Shown: piece after piece, positions 1-11,509 of the stretch
Numbering within the stretch: the stretch's first letter is position 1
How the letters are laid out: every line of letters starts with the position of its first letter
NCBI GenBank assembly: GCA_032718475.1
Contig: JAUCBJ010000714.1
Location: 1 to 57,865, forward strand
Direction of reading: 5' to 3'
Length of the DNA stretch: 57,865 bases
Origin: Nemertoderma westbladi
Lineage: Eukaryota; Animalia; Xenacoelomorpha
Made by a program: the position numbers and the translations under genes
The notes under the pieces: model-generated
Databases searched by the model: none
What the model was told of the DNA's origin: nothing
Seen by the model: the letters and a program-made list of their open reading frames with translations, nothing else

Positions 1-666
1 TGCCAAAGGTCTGAAAGCGCGAACATCAGCTGTTGTCATATTCGGTATCTGTGACCTTTGTATGACTCATATGTATATTTTTTTGGGTTTGTGCACCGGT
101 GCACAATCCGCACTACACAAGTGCCAGTGCGGATTGAGCGCCGGTGCTCAATATTTCCACTTATATAAATATGGCGGGATTTTTAATATGCTCTACTGTA
201 GCATAGCTATTAGGCCTAGGGCCTACTTGATCTAGTTCATTGTTAGTTAAGCAATAACTGTTTACTTTTCTGTATAAATTTATAATGCATGAACAAATGT
301 GCTGTAACAATATCAATGTTATTTTATATTGTTTTACGTTATCAATGTTTTTAAAACCCAAATAATTGATGGTGGGGGGGGGGGGGGGGGGGGGTCTGTT
401 TTATAAATACAATGATAGTGAATTTGAGCACCAGTGCCCAAAGGCATTCCCGCAAAATGTAAGTAACAAAAAGTACGTTGTTGAACACCGGTGCACAATC
501 CGCAGTTGAGGAACTGCACAGGAATGTTCACCGGTGCATAATCCGCACTAACTAAACGCCAAGCTTCAAAACCTGCCGCAGTCATGGAACAGGAGATGGT
601 TGTTCACCGGTGCACAATCCGAGCAACAAAGAACCAGTGGTTTCGGGGCCGCAGCTAACGTGTTAA
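1..666. mobile_element. Probable right end of a TTAA-targeting (piggyBac-like) non-autonomous element
   Basis: Four dispersed copies of caccggtgca(c/t)aatccg (about 94, 487, 529, 605). Ends ...gcagctaacgtg|TTAA (663-666). The left end would lie outside the window. Confidence 0.4.
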
Positions 667-748
667 AAAAAACCCAGTCACCCTAGTTCACGTTTAGTAA
701 TTAGATATGTGATATAATAATACAATGTACCTCCTCCTATATACTTAC

Positions 749-840
749 TCAGCAGAAGCCTCAGATATCCTTATTCGCTGTAAACTCGCTTCAGTTCTAA
801 GCTGGTCAACTTGTTTCTTCATAGCAGCCGACGCCGACAT
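749..840 (-). CDS. GNG: First coding exon of a heterotrimeric G-protein gamma subunit (rest of gene lies outside the window)
   Basis: Minus strand reads acceptor ttttttatcag|exon (856-749)|gtaagt donor. ATG at 840 gives MSASAAMKKQVDQLRTEASLQRIRISEASA(E/D), matching the G-gamma N-terminal helix (compare GNG5 [27 protein letters not shown]). Phase-2 intron. Confidence 0.85.
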
Positions 841-1230
841 GATGACTGTGCGTTATCTGATAAAAAAGTAATAAAGAAGTACATATAGTAATTTAATCAG
901 AATCACAAAAAGTAGCAATATGGTAGTTTGACGAAGAAGACAAGTATCGGTACCATATCCCCCCCCTCCCCCATTGCCAGCGCTCCCCCCACTACACAAA
1001 TTAAATTGACTGACCAACACACTACTAGCATTTGTAAGAAAGCAGGGGGACAGTTAGTGAAGGAGCAGGTTACAGGAGTGTTGGGGGAAAAATAAACGCC
1101 CCCAACCCCCGTTTAGTGCATAAACAAACATTGTATCTGAAAAATGCACTTTTTTCACTAAGTTTTGTAATAAACAGTGCAGAAAATCGTACTTCCGCGC
1201 ACTATTATAACTTTCTTACCACTAAAAGAG

Positions 1231-2373
1231 ACAAGTCCCTAAAAGGTGCCACCCTGCTCCATAGCGCGGGAAATTCAAATGATTGAAAGACATGTTATTT
1301 GTACTGGAAAGGGTGGCAGATCAGATCTGCCACCTATATATTGGTGGTAAATTCAAATCTGTTTTACCATTGAATACATGAATAGAGTAAGACCAATCTG
1401 CCAATGTAATTCATTGAATCAGAATAAATTATTAATTATCGGTTTAACTCACTCATCCGTTAACGTTGTTGATTTATCTATTCTGGGACTTCGAGCAGCA
1501 CGTGAACAACTAAACCAGCACGCTAACTACCGGTAGTCTGGGGCTTCGAGCACCACGTGAAACAACTAAACTGGCTGGTTACCTAGTCTGGGACTTTGAG
1601 CAGCACGTGAACAACTAAACCAGCACGTTAACTTGTCTGGGGCTTCGAGCAGCACGTGAACAACTAAACTGGCTGGTTACCTAGTCTGGGGACTCCGAGC
1701 AGCACGTGAACAACTAAACCTGCACGTTAACTAGTCTGGGACTTCGAGCAGCACGTGTACAACTATGCTGCCTGGTTAACAAGTCTGGGACTTCGAGCAG
1801 CACGTAAACAACTAAGCTATGACTGGTTAACTAGTCTGGTACATGTCTGGGACAGATATATCAGTATAGGCAGAAGCATTATACACCTATTGTTATTACA
1901 GTAGGCCTACCTGCGATATATTTTACTATCAGTTCCCTGCTATATTGTTATAATTATAATGTTCTGATGTAATTATAACTGATACAAGCAAATAATAAAT
2001 GTTCTTTACATTTTACTGATAGAAGTTAAGCCAAATCCCCCGATCCCCCCCTCAATTTGCAATTTTGCTCGAAGTCCCAGACTAGTTAACCAGTCAGCTT
2101 ATTGTTCACGTGCTGCTCGAAGTCCCAGAATAGATAAAACAACAACAATAACGGATGAGTGAGTTAAACCGATAATAAATAATTTATTCTGATTCAATGA
2201 ATTACATTTAGTCTTACTCTATTCATGTATTCAATGTTAAAACAGATTTGAATTTACCGCCAAAATATAGGTAGCAGATCTGATCTGCCACCCTTTCCAG
2301 TACAAATTACATGTCTTTCAATCATTTGAATTTCCCGCGCTATGGAGCAGGGTGGCACCTTTTAGGGACTTGT
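1231..2373. mobile_element. Non-autonomous long-TIR DNA element (Mutator/Foldback-like)
   Basis: TIRs of ~300 bp (acaagtccctaaaaggtgccaccc... / ...gggtggcaccttttagggacttgt). 9-bp direct repeat ctaaaagag at 1222-1230 and 2374-2382. Confidence 0.85.
1480..1840 (+). repeat. ~49-50 bp tandem repeat, about 7 copies, inside the TIR element
   Basis: Unit gtctgggacttcgagcagcacgtgaacaactaaac...; CACGTG at 1499, 1554, 1604, 1653, 1703, 1752. Two alternating unit variants. Confidence 0.9.
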
Positions 2374-3837
2374 CTAAAAGAGTGACAGAAAGTCTTTCTA
2401 CCACTATTTTAGTGCAGAAAGTACGTCATTTTCGGTCAGTGGTTAGAGTTCGAGACCCGGGTGAGGCATCAAGTTGTCGTAATTTCGAATCATTAATACC
2501 GGTACCGGTATTTCAAAAAAATATAATTACAGATTACTAATATAATCACAGATATGGATTTTTGTAGATAGATACGCTGAATACCTCATTTCATTTCTGT
2601 GGAATCTGATGGAAAGGACATATTCAGATATTATTATATTATTGTGTTTTTCTGTTAATCGAAATTATTGGACAATTCACCATAAATTATAAGAATTTGC
2701 ATACACCGCATACACCAATTAAAAATCGTAAAAATAATACCGGTATCGGTATATCATATGACAATTATTTGTATAGGGGCCTAAACCATGAGAATAATTC
2801 CAATGAGATAATTCATTAAATTACCATCGAACAGTCGAATTGACAATTATTACTTACAGCTGTTTTCTTTACTGGTTTTCTTTACTGCAGTTAAAATTGC
2901 ACATCACTCAATGAAATTAATACTATTAAAACGTTACACTTTTCAGATAAAATAGTGACTTATATAAAAAAGTGTGCCGAAAAGAACCCCTTGTCAGTTG
3001 TCACTACGCACTACAGCACTAATTTCAGTTAACCGAAATTCGGATATTCTGACCTCGTCTATTGGGTTTTCCACGCAATGGTATTTCAGAAAAATCAGCC
3101 ATAGCTGACTAGTACATACCACTGCATAACTCAACACACTCGGGCAGAATAATTGAATTTTGGTAAATTAAAATTAGTGACAAAAAGTGCTTCATTCCGA
3201 TACCAGGATATTGCGATAACAGTACTTTTTATAGCAAGGGCAGAAGGGTTAGGCATTCATTATGCAGTTATGGTCAGTAATGGTTGACCGATGCGCCTGT
3301 CAGCCTGTAAATAGCCTCTCGTCAGTCTCGTCAACAAGCAAACCCCATGCTATACATTACACTTACCGGTACAATTAACAACAATTCTAATTCAATTACC
3401 GTTACCGGTACAATTACAGCTAGCAAAAATTACTGAATTAGGCATTACTGCATTAATATAAATACTGAAATAGGACTAATTCATTAAGTTATTTATAAGT
3501 CCAGTGAAGTCAGGGGGTTGAACTGCAGACCACTAACAGACTACAGGACTAACCCAGTAACCCCCATAACGATAACCTGGCACATGGCACTAAAGCACTA
3601 ACCACTAACTTAAGTGCTGAAGTGTTTTTGTGCTTGATGCAACGGTCAGACGGTACTACACTACAACTACAGTCAGACCAGCAGACAGTACCGTACTGCA
3701 GTAGGCTACTAAGAAAGTCACACTAAGTTAGTGCCACTACAGCACTAACTGTCTGACTGTCTGAATGTAGACTACCTAGGCTACTGCAGTACTGAGTGAC
3801 TGACAGACTGACCTCAGATTGTCAGAGTCAGACCTAC

Positions 3838-4050
3838 CTTTCTTTATGCTTTCTCGTCTTACTGCCTTACAGCCTTACTTTCGTCGATGGACTACAGCAA
3901 TTCGTTATAGATCTTCAATTGCAGAATTGTTAGCGATAGCTTAGCTTCTCGCAGTCTCGTGTCAATGTTGTCTGGTTGTGTCTAAACTCTGAAAGTATCT
4001 GGCTGTCTGCAGTTCTGGATGGTCTGGATTTGGCTGTTCCGCCGTTTGGC
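3838..4050 (-). other. Putative non-coding first exon / promoter region of the G-gamma gene
   Basis: Minus-strand donor AAG|GTAGGT at 3838/3837, upstream of the acceptor at 857. The 5' boundary is a guess. Confidence 0.35.
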
Positions 4051-4251
4051 CTTATTAAAACCAAAGAGTAGGCCTAATACAGTAATAATGTAATATCTCA
4101 GTACTGCAGTGCTGTCTGACTATAGCTGTATAGTGCTGTAGTGCAGCAGTGTGTTGTGTGTTACTGTGTTAGGTATTAAATTGAAACTATAGTAACCCAG
4201 TAAGCCAGTAACCTGAATTATTGGTTAACGCCCTGCCCCTGCCCTATTTTA

Positions 4252-5447
4252 GGGTAAATCTTTTCGACCTACGCGTAGGCCTACGCGTAGCTACGCGTAG
4301 CTACGCGTAGCTACGCGTAGTTCGCAACATTGGGTCATATATCACCAGTTTCAGAGTTTTAACAATAACTACGCGTAGGTGCTACGCGTAGCTACGCGTA
4401 GGTGCTACGCGTAGCTACGCGTAGGTCCTACGCGACCTACGCATAGGTGCTACCCATAACTATGCCTATACGTCAGTACGTCGTTTATCATTACTAGGCT
4501 TACGTATTCCAAGCGAGTCAGTACTAAAATAAGACACAATACGGTATGTTCAATAAACAACCCACAACCATCAAATGCTTTCAACAGTAATGTATCCTAT
4601 ACCTGTATACTCTATATAGAGGAATACGCGAAAACTACATATTCTTCACGTCATGCGTTGCGGGCGGTAAAATGTGTTAATAATTAATGTTTAGAGTTCA
4701 AAAATAGTTTACAAAGGAAATAGGCCGGTGGTTCTTATCGATTCTCTATGCTTTTTATTGCCTTTGTTCACGATAGGGCAAGGATATACTGTATTTAATA
4801 TGTTAACCCCTTGACAAGGGAAGGGGGAGACTAAATTGTCTACCATGATTGGTTGCACTTGTCTTTTGACCAAACAATTTGATTATATGCAGTATTTATC
4901 AGCTTTCGCTTAACCTCTTCACCGGTAGACTGGTCGCTTTATTTACTACTGTTCAATATTTAAATAATCCAATGGAAACAAAGATACTTGAATCATGAGA
5001 CGTGAATTTCAAGTTTACTTTTTATTCATCCTCTGTGTTTGTATGTGAAAGAGCCGAATATTATTTATTACCAGTGCTGTATGTAGAGATATGAGTTTCC
5101 GATTCTGTTATTACATTTGTCTGATAATCAGATACCTGACATATACCGATACTTGCCTAACAACTCAACCCTACCGGACCTGAAATGAAAAATCATTGTT
5201 ATCAGGACTGCTACGCGTAGCACCTACGCGTAGCTACGCGTAGCACCTACGCGTAGTTTCAAAATACCTACGCGTAGTTCCAAAATAACTACGCGTAGTT
5301 TTAAAACACCTACGCGTAGTTGTTAAAAAGGCAGTAAGTCTGGCCCTACCGGTAAATGACAGGAATGGAAGTTACAAACTACGCGTAGCTACGCGTAGCT
5401 ACGCGTAGCTACGCGTAGGCCTACGCGTAGGTCGAAAAGATTTACCC
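4252..5447. mobile_element. Non-autonomous TIR element with arrays of the palindrome ctacgcgtag
   Basis: ~70-bp TIR gggtaaatcttttcgacctacgcgtaggcc(ctacgcgtag)n at both ends. 8-bp TSD ctatttta at 4244-4251 and 5448-5455 (10 bp if the element ends at GG..CC). Confidence 0.85.
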
Positions 5448-5617
5448 CTATTTTAGTGATAACGTTATATGGCAGTAGTACTGTATGGGTTCCCATTCTT
5501 TTTCCGCGGAGCGAGACGGAAAATAAGTTTTTTGCCATAATTGCAGTGAAACGAACGTTATACTATTCTCAGCCCGGGGGAAGTATGTTTCTTTTGATTT
5601 TGGGGGCTCCTATACGT

Positions 5618-6084
5618 GTATGGTGGCCCATGGCTGCCACTATAAAACTCTGGATGAAATATTTAAATAATAAATAAGTGGAAAAAATATTAATAGTACA
5701 GTAATATGTTATTTATATATAATATTATATATTATATAATATTACGTAATATTAATATATGTATTTTATTTTTTTACTATTTGTTTTTTTAATGGCAGCC
5801 ATGGGCCAACTGTTATCTGATTATGGGGTGATGGCAGCCCTGGGCCACGTGGGGTATTTTTTTTCTTTAACAGTATTTATATTATATGGAAATTTTTTCG
5901 TGAGTATTTTTTTACTTTTTTTTCAAGATATTTTTTACTGAGATTTTTTTAAGATATTTTATTTTACTTATTTTTTTCAAGATATTTTTTTTTACTTATT
6001 TTTTTTTCAATATACTTTTTCCACTTATTTATTATTTAAATATTTTATCAAGAGTTTTATAGTGGCAGCCATGGGCCACCATAC
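5618..6084. mobile_element. MITE-like element, ~470 bp
   Basis: ~65-bp TIR gtatggtggcccatggctgccactataaaactct.gat.aaatatttaaataataaataagtggaaaa. Internal copies of tggcagcc(a/c)tgggcca. TSD not resolved. Confidence 0.7.
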
Positions 6085-7280
6085 TCATACTGTATAATTC
6101 ATAGAAAAATATGTTATTGCATTGTCCGGCAGATATTACATTATACTGTACCTTGCATGGGGAAGTACTGTATAATACAGTATTGGCCTACAGACTTCCA
6201 TGCAAGATACAGTATTTGCTATATTAGTAAATGTTTTAACTGATTCGGGTAGTTAATATACTGTAGTTGTCATCAATAATCCAACTGATGCCCAACTGGC
6301 ATTATTGGGGGTTTTATTATATTTTGAAAGATTCGTGGAATTGTAAAAAAAACGTGTATCCGTCGCTTTTTAACTTGCATTTAAAAAGGGCAGTACAGTA
6401 TACATAGATAAATACGGTACTGTAAAATTATAATTTTATTGAAAAATATTTTTGACCTTAGTAGTCTGATCCTTTACCTTAATTGTTAATTCTGCATTTC
6501 TGGGATATTAGTTCGCGGAGAGATAGAATCCCCCCTCCTCTCCCCGGGTTTACGGCATAACGTGACCCAAAGAATAGAATATAAAACTCAATACAAAGGT
6601 AAATAATAGGCCTACATATATAATAGGCCTACCTGGTTATTATTTAATCCAAGCACAAATACAACTATCACTACAAATCAAATTCCTTTTATTGTTATAT
6701 ATACAGTAGCATGGGGTTTACGCGAGTGGTAAATCACATTTTGTTATCGTCCATGCCATATTACACCATCGTCACCGTGTACATATTTAATCAATATCTC
6801 TAGACAATAGATCGTTTCCAAAAGCTACTGGACAATTTATATAACTGCGAATAACTAATTATCGTAAATGTTTTATGCGGTATTATTATATTTGATATTA
6901 TTTGTATCGTGTACAGTATCTAACTTGTCAATAATCATTTCTATCTGTCTACTGGAATATAATATTGTAATTCAGTGGCAACGAAACGCAACATTTTATC
7001 ACATATTAATTTCCACATTTTATAATGTACAGTACAGTATATGCAAGGAATAGGTCTATATATTTATAATGTTTTATGGGTTATATCAAAATTTAAATTA
7101 TTATTTAGATTTAAGCTTTTATTCAGAAAAACAAAGGAAAATACTATAACTCACTTTTGATTATCTCTCATAAAATTCAGTCTGTCTGACCATGGAGTAC
7201 AGTAGGCGTAATCACTACCGGTATGGCGTTTATGTATCATTAGTTCCAGTCAGACCTAACTAACAAGATTAATAATGAAA

Positions 7281-9139
7281 ACCAAAACTGCAAAATCACT
7301 TAAGGAAGAAACTACGAAGAAAAGGATGGACACGAATATATTTGGAGGACTAGCAGATTATGTACTTTCTACCAATTGATTTATCTTGCAGCTACCTTGC
7401 TGGAAAATTAATAGATCTACATGAGCCCCTATCGCAATTATCATCCTCAGAAATTTAGTTGAAAAGGTTTTACATGTGATAAATGGAGACAACGTTATAG
7501 GTTTGTCTGCCAGACTGAACAATCATCTTCATGTGTGGATACAGTATGCATCAGATACACGTTGTGGGGTCTTCTCGCAGCACGAGAGCCTATATAAGAA
7601 AGTGTACAAATCTCTATTAGATATACGAAAACCGTCATTCCCAAAATATTAAGAGTGACGCTTTCAGTTTGCGTTAAAAAACAGAGGTCCATTTCATTGC
7701 CCTTACACGCTTTAACTGTCATTTGTAAACTTACTAACTAGGGCTATTTAAGTTAAGTATGATATTTTAGAATAGAGATTTACAATACTCGTCTCCTTCA
7801 TTAGCCTCGTTGCGCTCGTCCTGTTTTCTCCCAAAATATTTTTTTATTAAACACAGACTGACGACCTTTATAACTATACAAAGTCTTGAAACTCTACGAG
7901 TAATTTCTGATTTATGGCAGATGGATACTCGTATCAACTGCAAAGCTCGTTGCATTCGTCCGGTACAACGTGGACCGAACTGGTCATCAAATATATACCT
8001 TACAACATTCCATTATCAGTAATGGATACAATACATACATATCTTCCAATATGCTAAACCATGTGGTTTACGAGTCTTGTCAAAACAATACTCAGTCAAC
8101 ACAGACTCGTCTTCATTACAACCCATTGTGGCACTCTTCCTGTACATCTGGTCACCAAAATAACTAGCATAAAACATTCCACCACCTGTTATCAAAATGA
8201 CATATCGACCAAAACTGCAAAATCACTTAAGGAAGAAACTACGAAGAAAAGGATGGACACGAATATATTTGGAGGACTAGCAGATTATGTACTTTCTACC
8301 AATTGATTTATCTTGCAGCTACCTTGCTGGAAAATTAATAGATCTACATGAGCCCCTATCGCAATTATCATCCTCAGAAATTTAGTTGAAAAGGTTTTAC
8401 ATGTGATAAATGGAGACAACGTTATAGGTTTGTCTGCCAGACTGAACAATCATCTTCATGTGTGGATACAGTATGCATCAGATACACGTTGTGGGGTCTT
8501 CTCGCAGCACGAGAGCCTATATAAGAAAGTGTACAAATCTCTATTAGATATACGAAAACCGTCATTCCCAAAATATTAAGAGTGACGCTTTCAGTTTGCG
8601 TTAAAAAACAGAGGTCCATTTCATTGCCCTTACACGCTTTAACTGTCATTTGTAAACTTACTAACTAGGGCTATTTAAGTTAAGTATGATATTTTAGAAT
8701 AGAGATTTACAATACTCGTCTCCTTCATTAGCCTCGTTGCGCTCGTCCTGTTTTCTCCCAAAATATTTTTTTATTAAACACAGACTGACGACCTTTATAA
8801 CTATACAAAGTCTTGAAACTCTACGAGTAATTTCTGATTTATGGCAGATGGATACTCGTATCAACTGCAAAGCTCGTTGCATTCGTCCGGTACAACGTGG
8901 ACCGAACTGGTCATCAAATATATACCTTACAACATTCCATTATCAGTAATGGATACAATACATACATATCTTCCAATATGCTAAACCATGTGGTTTACGA
9001 GTCTTGTCAAAACAATACTCAGTCAACACAGACTCGTCTTCATTACAACCCATTGTGGCACTCTTCCTGTACATCTGGTCACCAAAATAACTAGCATAAA
9101 ACATTCCACCACCTGTTATCAAAATGACATATCGACCAA
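7281..9139 (+). repeat. Perfect 927-bp tandem duplication
   Basis: 7281-8207 matches 8208-9134; identical ORFs are offset by 927 in the track. Junction microhomology accaa. Confidence 0.95.
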
Positions 9140-9172
9140 TATGCTAAACCAGGTTGTTTACTATTACTATAG

Positions 9173-9253
9173 TGTAGATAGGACAATATGATAATGCTCT
9201 CCATAGCGAAAATTTTTCGCTATGGAGAGCATTATCATATTGTCCTATCTACA
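9173..9253. repeat. Perfect palindrome: 40-bp arms, 1-nt loop
   Basis: tgtagataggacaatatgataatgctctccatagcgaaaa-t-ttttcgctatggagagcattatcatattgtcctatctaca. Confidence 0.95.
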
Positions 9254-9559
9254 TTATATATTTAATTCACCGTCACTCACCCCACAACAATTCATTTATT
9301 ATTACTATTACTATAGTATAGTCAACACAATACTCACTTAGCCCCGCTACGCTCGCTCCCCTGAAGGACCCACGCAAATTCTGTTTGGAAAATTTATAAA
9401 CTTTTCCCAAACAACATGTGTAACAAGTTTGGTTAGATTTATCGAACAAGTTATTAACGTTTAAAAACACGGACCTACAGAAAGACAGATCTACAGACAC
9501 ACCGATTGAGATAGCGGTACCCGTATGCTAAGCTCGCTTACCATCTGCTGCTCAATGGG

Positions 9560-10850
9560 AATGCAATTCATTTTGTACTATTGAACGGCAATGACGATAT
9601 AGGATCTCTAATGGGATGGCAAGTACATTATGATAAAAAATGTAACCTTGTAACTGCTGATACAATCCAACACATCACAGGACCTTGTTATACTGTCACA
9701 ACTCAACTGGTAAAAGGATCAATGCATCATATCGATCACATTATTACCAATGATGTTGGCCTGACACTTGTTACAAAAGGAAAGTCTATCAAAGAGATGG
9801 AATTAACAACAGTTCGGATCATCTTCACATGTATGCCCTTATCACTGTACCAAATGATCTTGACTCACACTGAAGCTGTCAAAGAGGCGTGAAATACGTA
9901 ATCGAGCTATTCAATTAGGGAAAGGTTCCCTCCATCTCTGGACATATGCTGTGACCTACAGCTGAAAAGACATCAACGTACCACACCCATAGCGGCCCTT
10001 AAGTTCCATTAATATATTTTTGCGAATATTATGGAGGCATGGATCCACAAGCACTTTTCTAAACTCCCTGGAAGTATTAGATTTTCAAGTGGCATACCGG
10101 GCAAAACGTGGAATGGACTTTACAATTAGCGTGATTCTCAGGCTAAACGAGCAGTCAGTCATCACCTCCTTTTCAAACAATTATCAATGACAATTTACCC
10201 TTATATATCTACAGGCTGTTACTAGACTACTACCAGACCGGCATAATATTCTTCCGATTTGGCAATGCAATTGATCCAGTGGGGATACCAACTACAATAG
10301 GAGTAAAACAAAGGATCATTATTTAGTCCCACTTTCTTTAACTTCCAACTACATTATCTATGACCTCAACAATGACAAGCTGGGTTACCACTTCAATTGA
10401 ATATGGATTGGATATCTCACATCATTTATGCCGGATATAGGCCTTCTATTGCGGGTGTTTGCTAATCTACAGTTTTATATTGGTGCTCTTTCTATACATA
10501 GACTTAACTTGTTAGATTATGAAGACAGAAAAGTCATCCATAGTCGTAAATGTCGGCCACTACAGTATCGCAGCAACGATCCACTCTACAAGTGTTTTAA
10601 AACAATTCACCGATCCTCTCTCACACCGCTCTGCACTTCGCATTATTTTCCGCATAGGATTTACTCCTAACGTAATACTGCAATCATGTCTGAGATCATG
10701 TCTCCTAATGAATGTTACCAATAAGCGCTTCGTGGGTATATCCTCTGCACATCGAGTCTGTACACAAACTTTCCCAATTCCAATAAACCTCTCATTGATG
10801 ATAACATACTCATTTAAGATAAAAACCATATTACATCAATGGTATCTTAT
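9560..10850 (+). pseudogene. Heavily decayed LINE (APE + RT) related to the LINE in the inverted repeat
   Basis: NLVTADTIQHITGPCYT...HIDHIIT aligns to NLLAADTYNKFIGPTTT...YIDHIIT of ORF 24057. About 10300-10440 gives frameshifted GVKQ..GSL.SP..FN...DKLGYH..IWIGYL, matching GVKQGSLLS..LFN...SKLGCHIGATWIGAL. Confidence 0.6.
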
Positions 10851-11020
10851 GTATTTTTACTGTGCAATATATAATCTTCTGTAAATAGGTTTTTGCCCAG
10901 GTCACCGGTGGTATCCTAATAGACAATGAGTTTGTGCGTATAGACAGCCGTACCACCAACCAATAACGATGCAGGTGGGTGGGGGGTTGCATGCAACCTT
11001 CCACTAGCGGTGATTCTCCG

Positions 11021-11241
11021 TACTTAGTTCCAATTTAAGCCTCCATGCGAATTTAGTTCCAATGGGAACGAATTTAGTTTCAATTTTGGCAAATTTAGTT
11101 CCAATTTAGGCGAACTTAGTTCCAATAACTAGAGAAAAACGAAAACGAACTTAGTCCCAATGCATGCAAATTTAGTTCCGGATGCGAACTTAGTTCCAAT
11201 GAAAGCGAATTTAGTTCCAATGAAAGCGAATTTAGTTCCAA
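11021..11241 (+). repeat. ~20-bp repeat array (gcgaa(t/c)ttagttccaat); probable subterminal repeats of a foldback-type element
   Basis: About 10 copies. Inverted copies of the same motif (ggaactaagttcg) occur at 17689-17777, on the far side of the Gypsy element. Confidence 0.75.
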
Positions 11242-11406
11242 TGTTGCAATCGTAGTAGGCGAAGAATGTGTAGTGTGGCCGGTAACCGGTATATAATAAT
11301 CAGTAGTACACCAGACCATCAACACATACAGATAACTCCTATTTAATACCAGTAGTATATACTACACTACTTTCTTTCTTTCGAACTGAAAGTAACACAT
11401 ATATCA
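11242..11406 (-). repeat. 3' LTR of the Gypsy element (165 bp)
   Basis: TG...CA termini immediately after the polypurine tract. No second copy in the window. Confidence 0.7.
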
Positions 11407-11509
11407 TCTTTCTCTCTCTTCCCTACAACTAACTGTACATATACAAACAATAAAGTTCGGATGTAAAACCTAAAGAATGAGTCAAGTCCTGGTAATATCG
11501 TATTAGTTT

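Noticed and set aside
374-394. Poly-G/C tracts giving poly-Pro/Gly ORFs (also ~11591, ~15983, ~50991)
   Set aside because: Simple homopolymers, length-unreliable and mostly inside repeats.
7495-9191. Duplicated short ORFs of 62-81 aa
   Set aside because: No recognisable domains; repetition is due to the 927-bp duplication.
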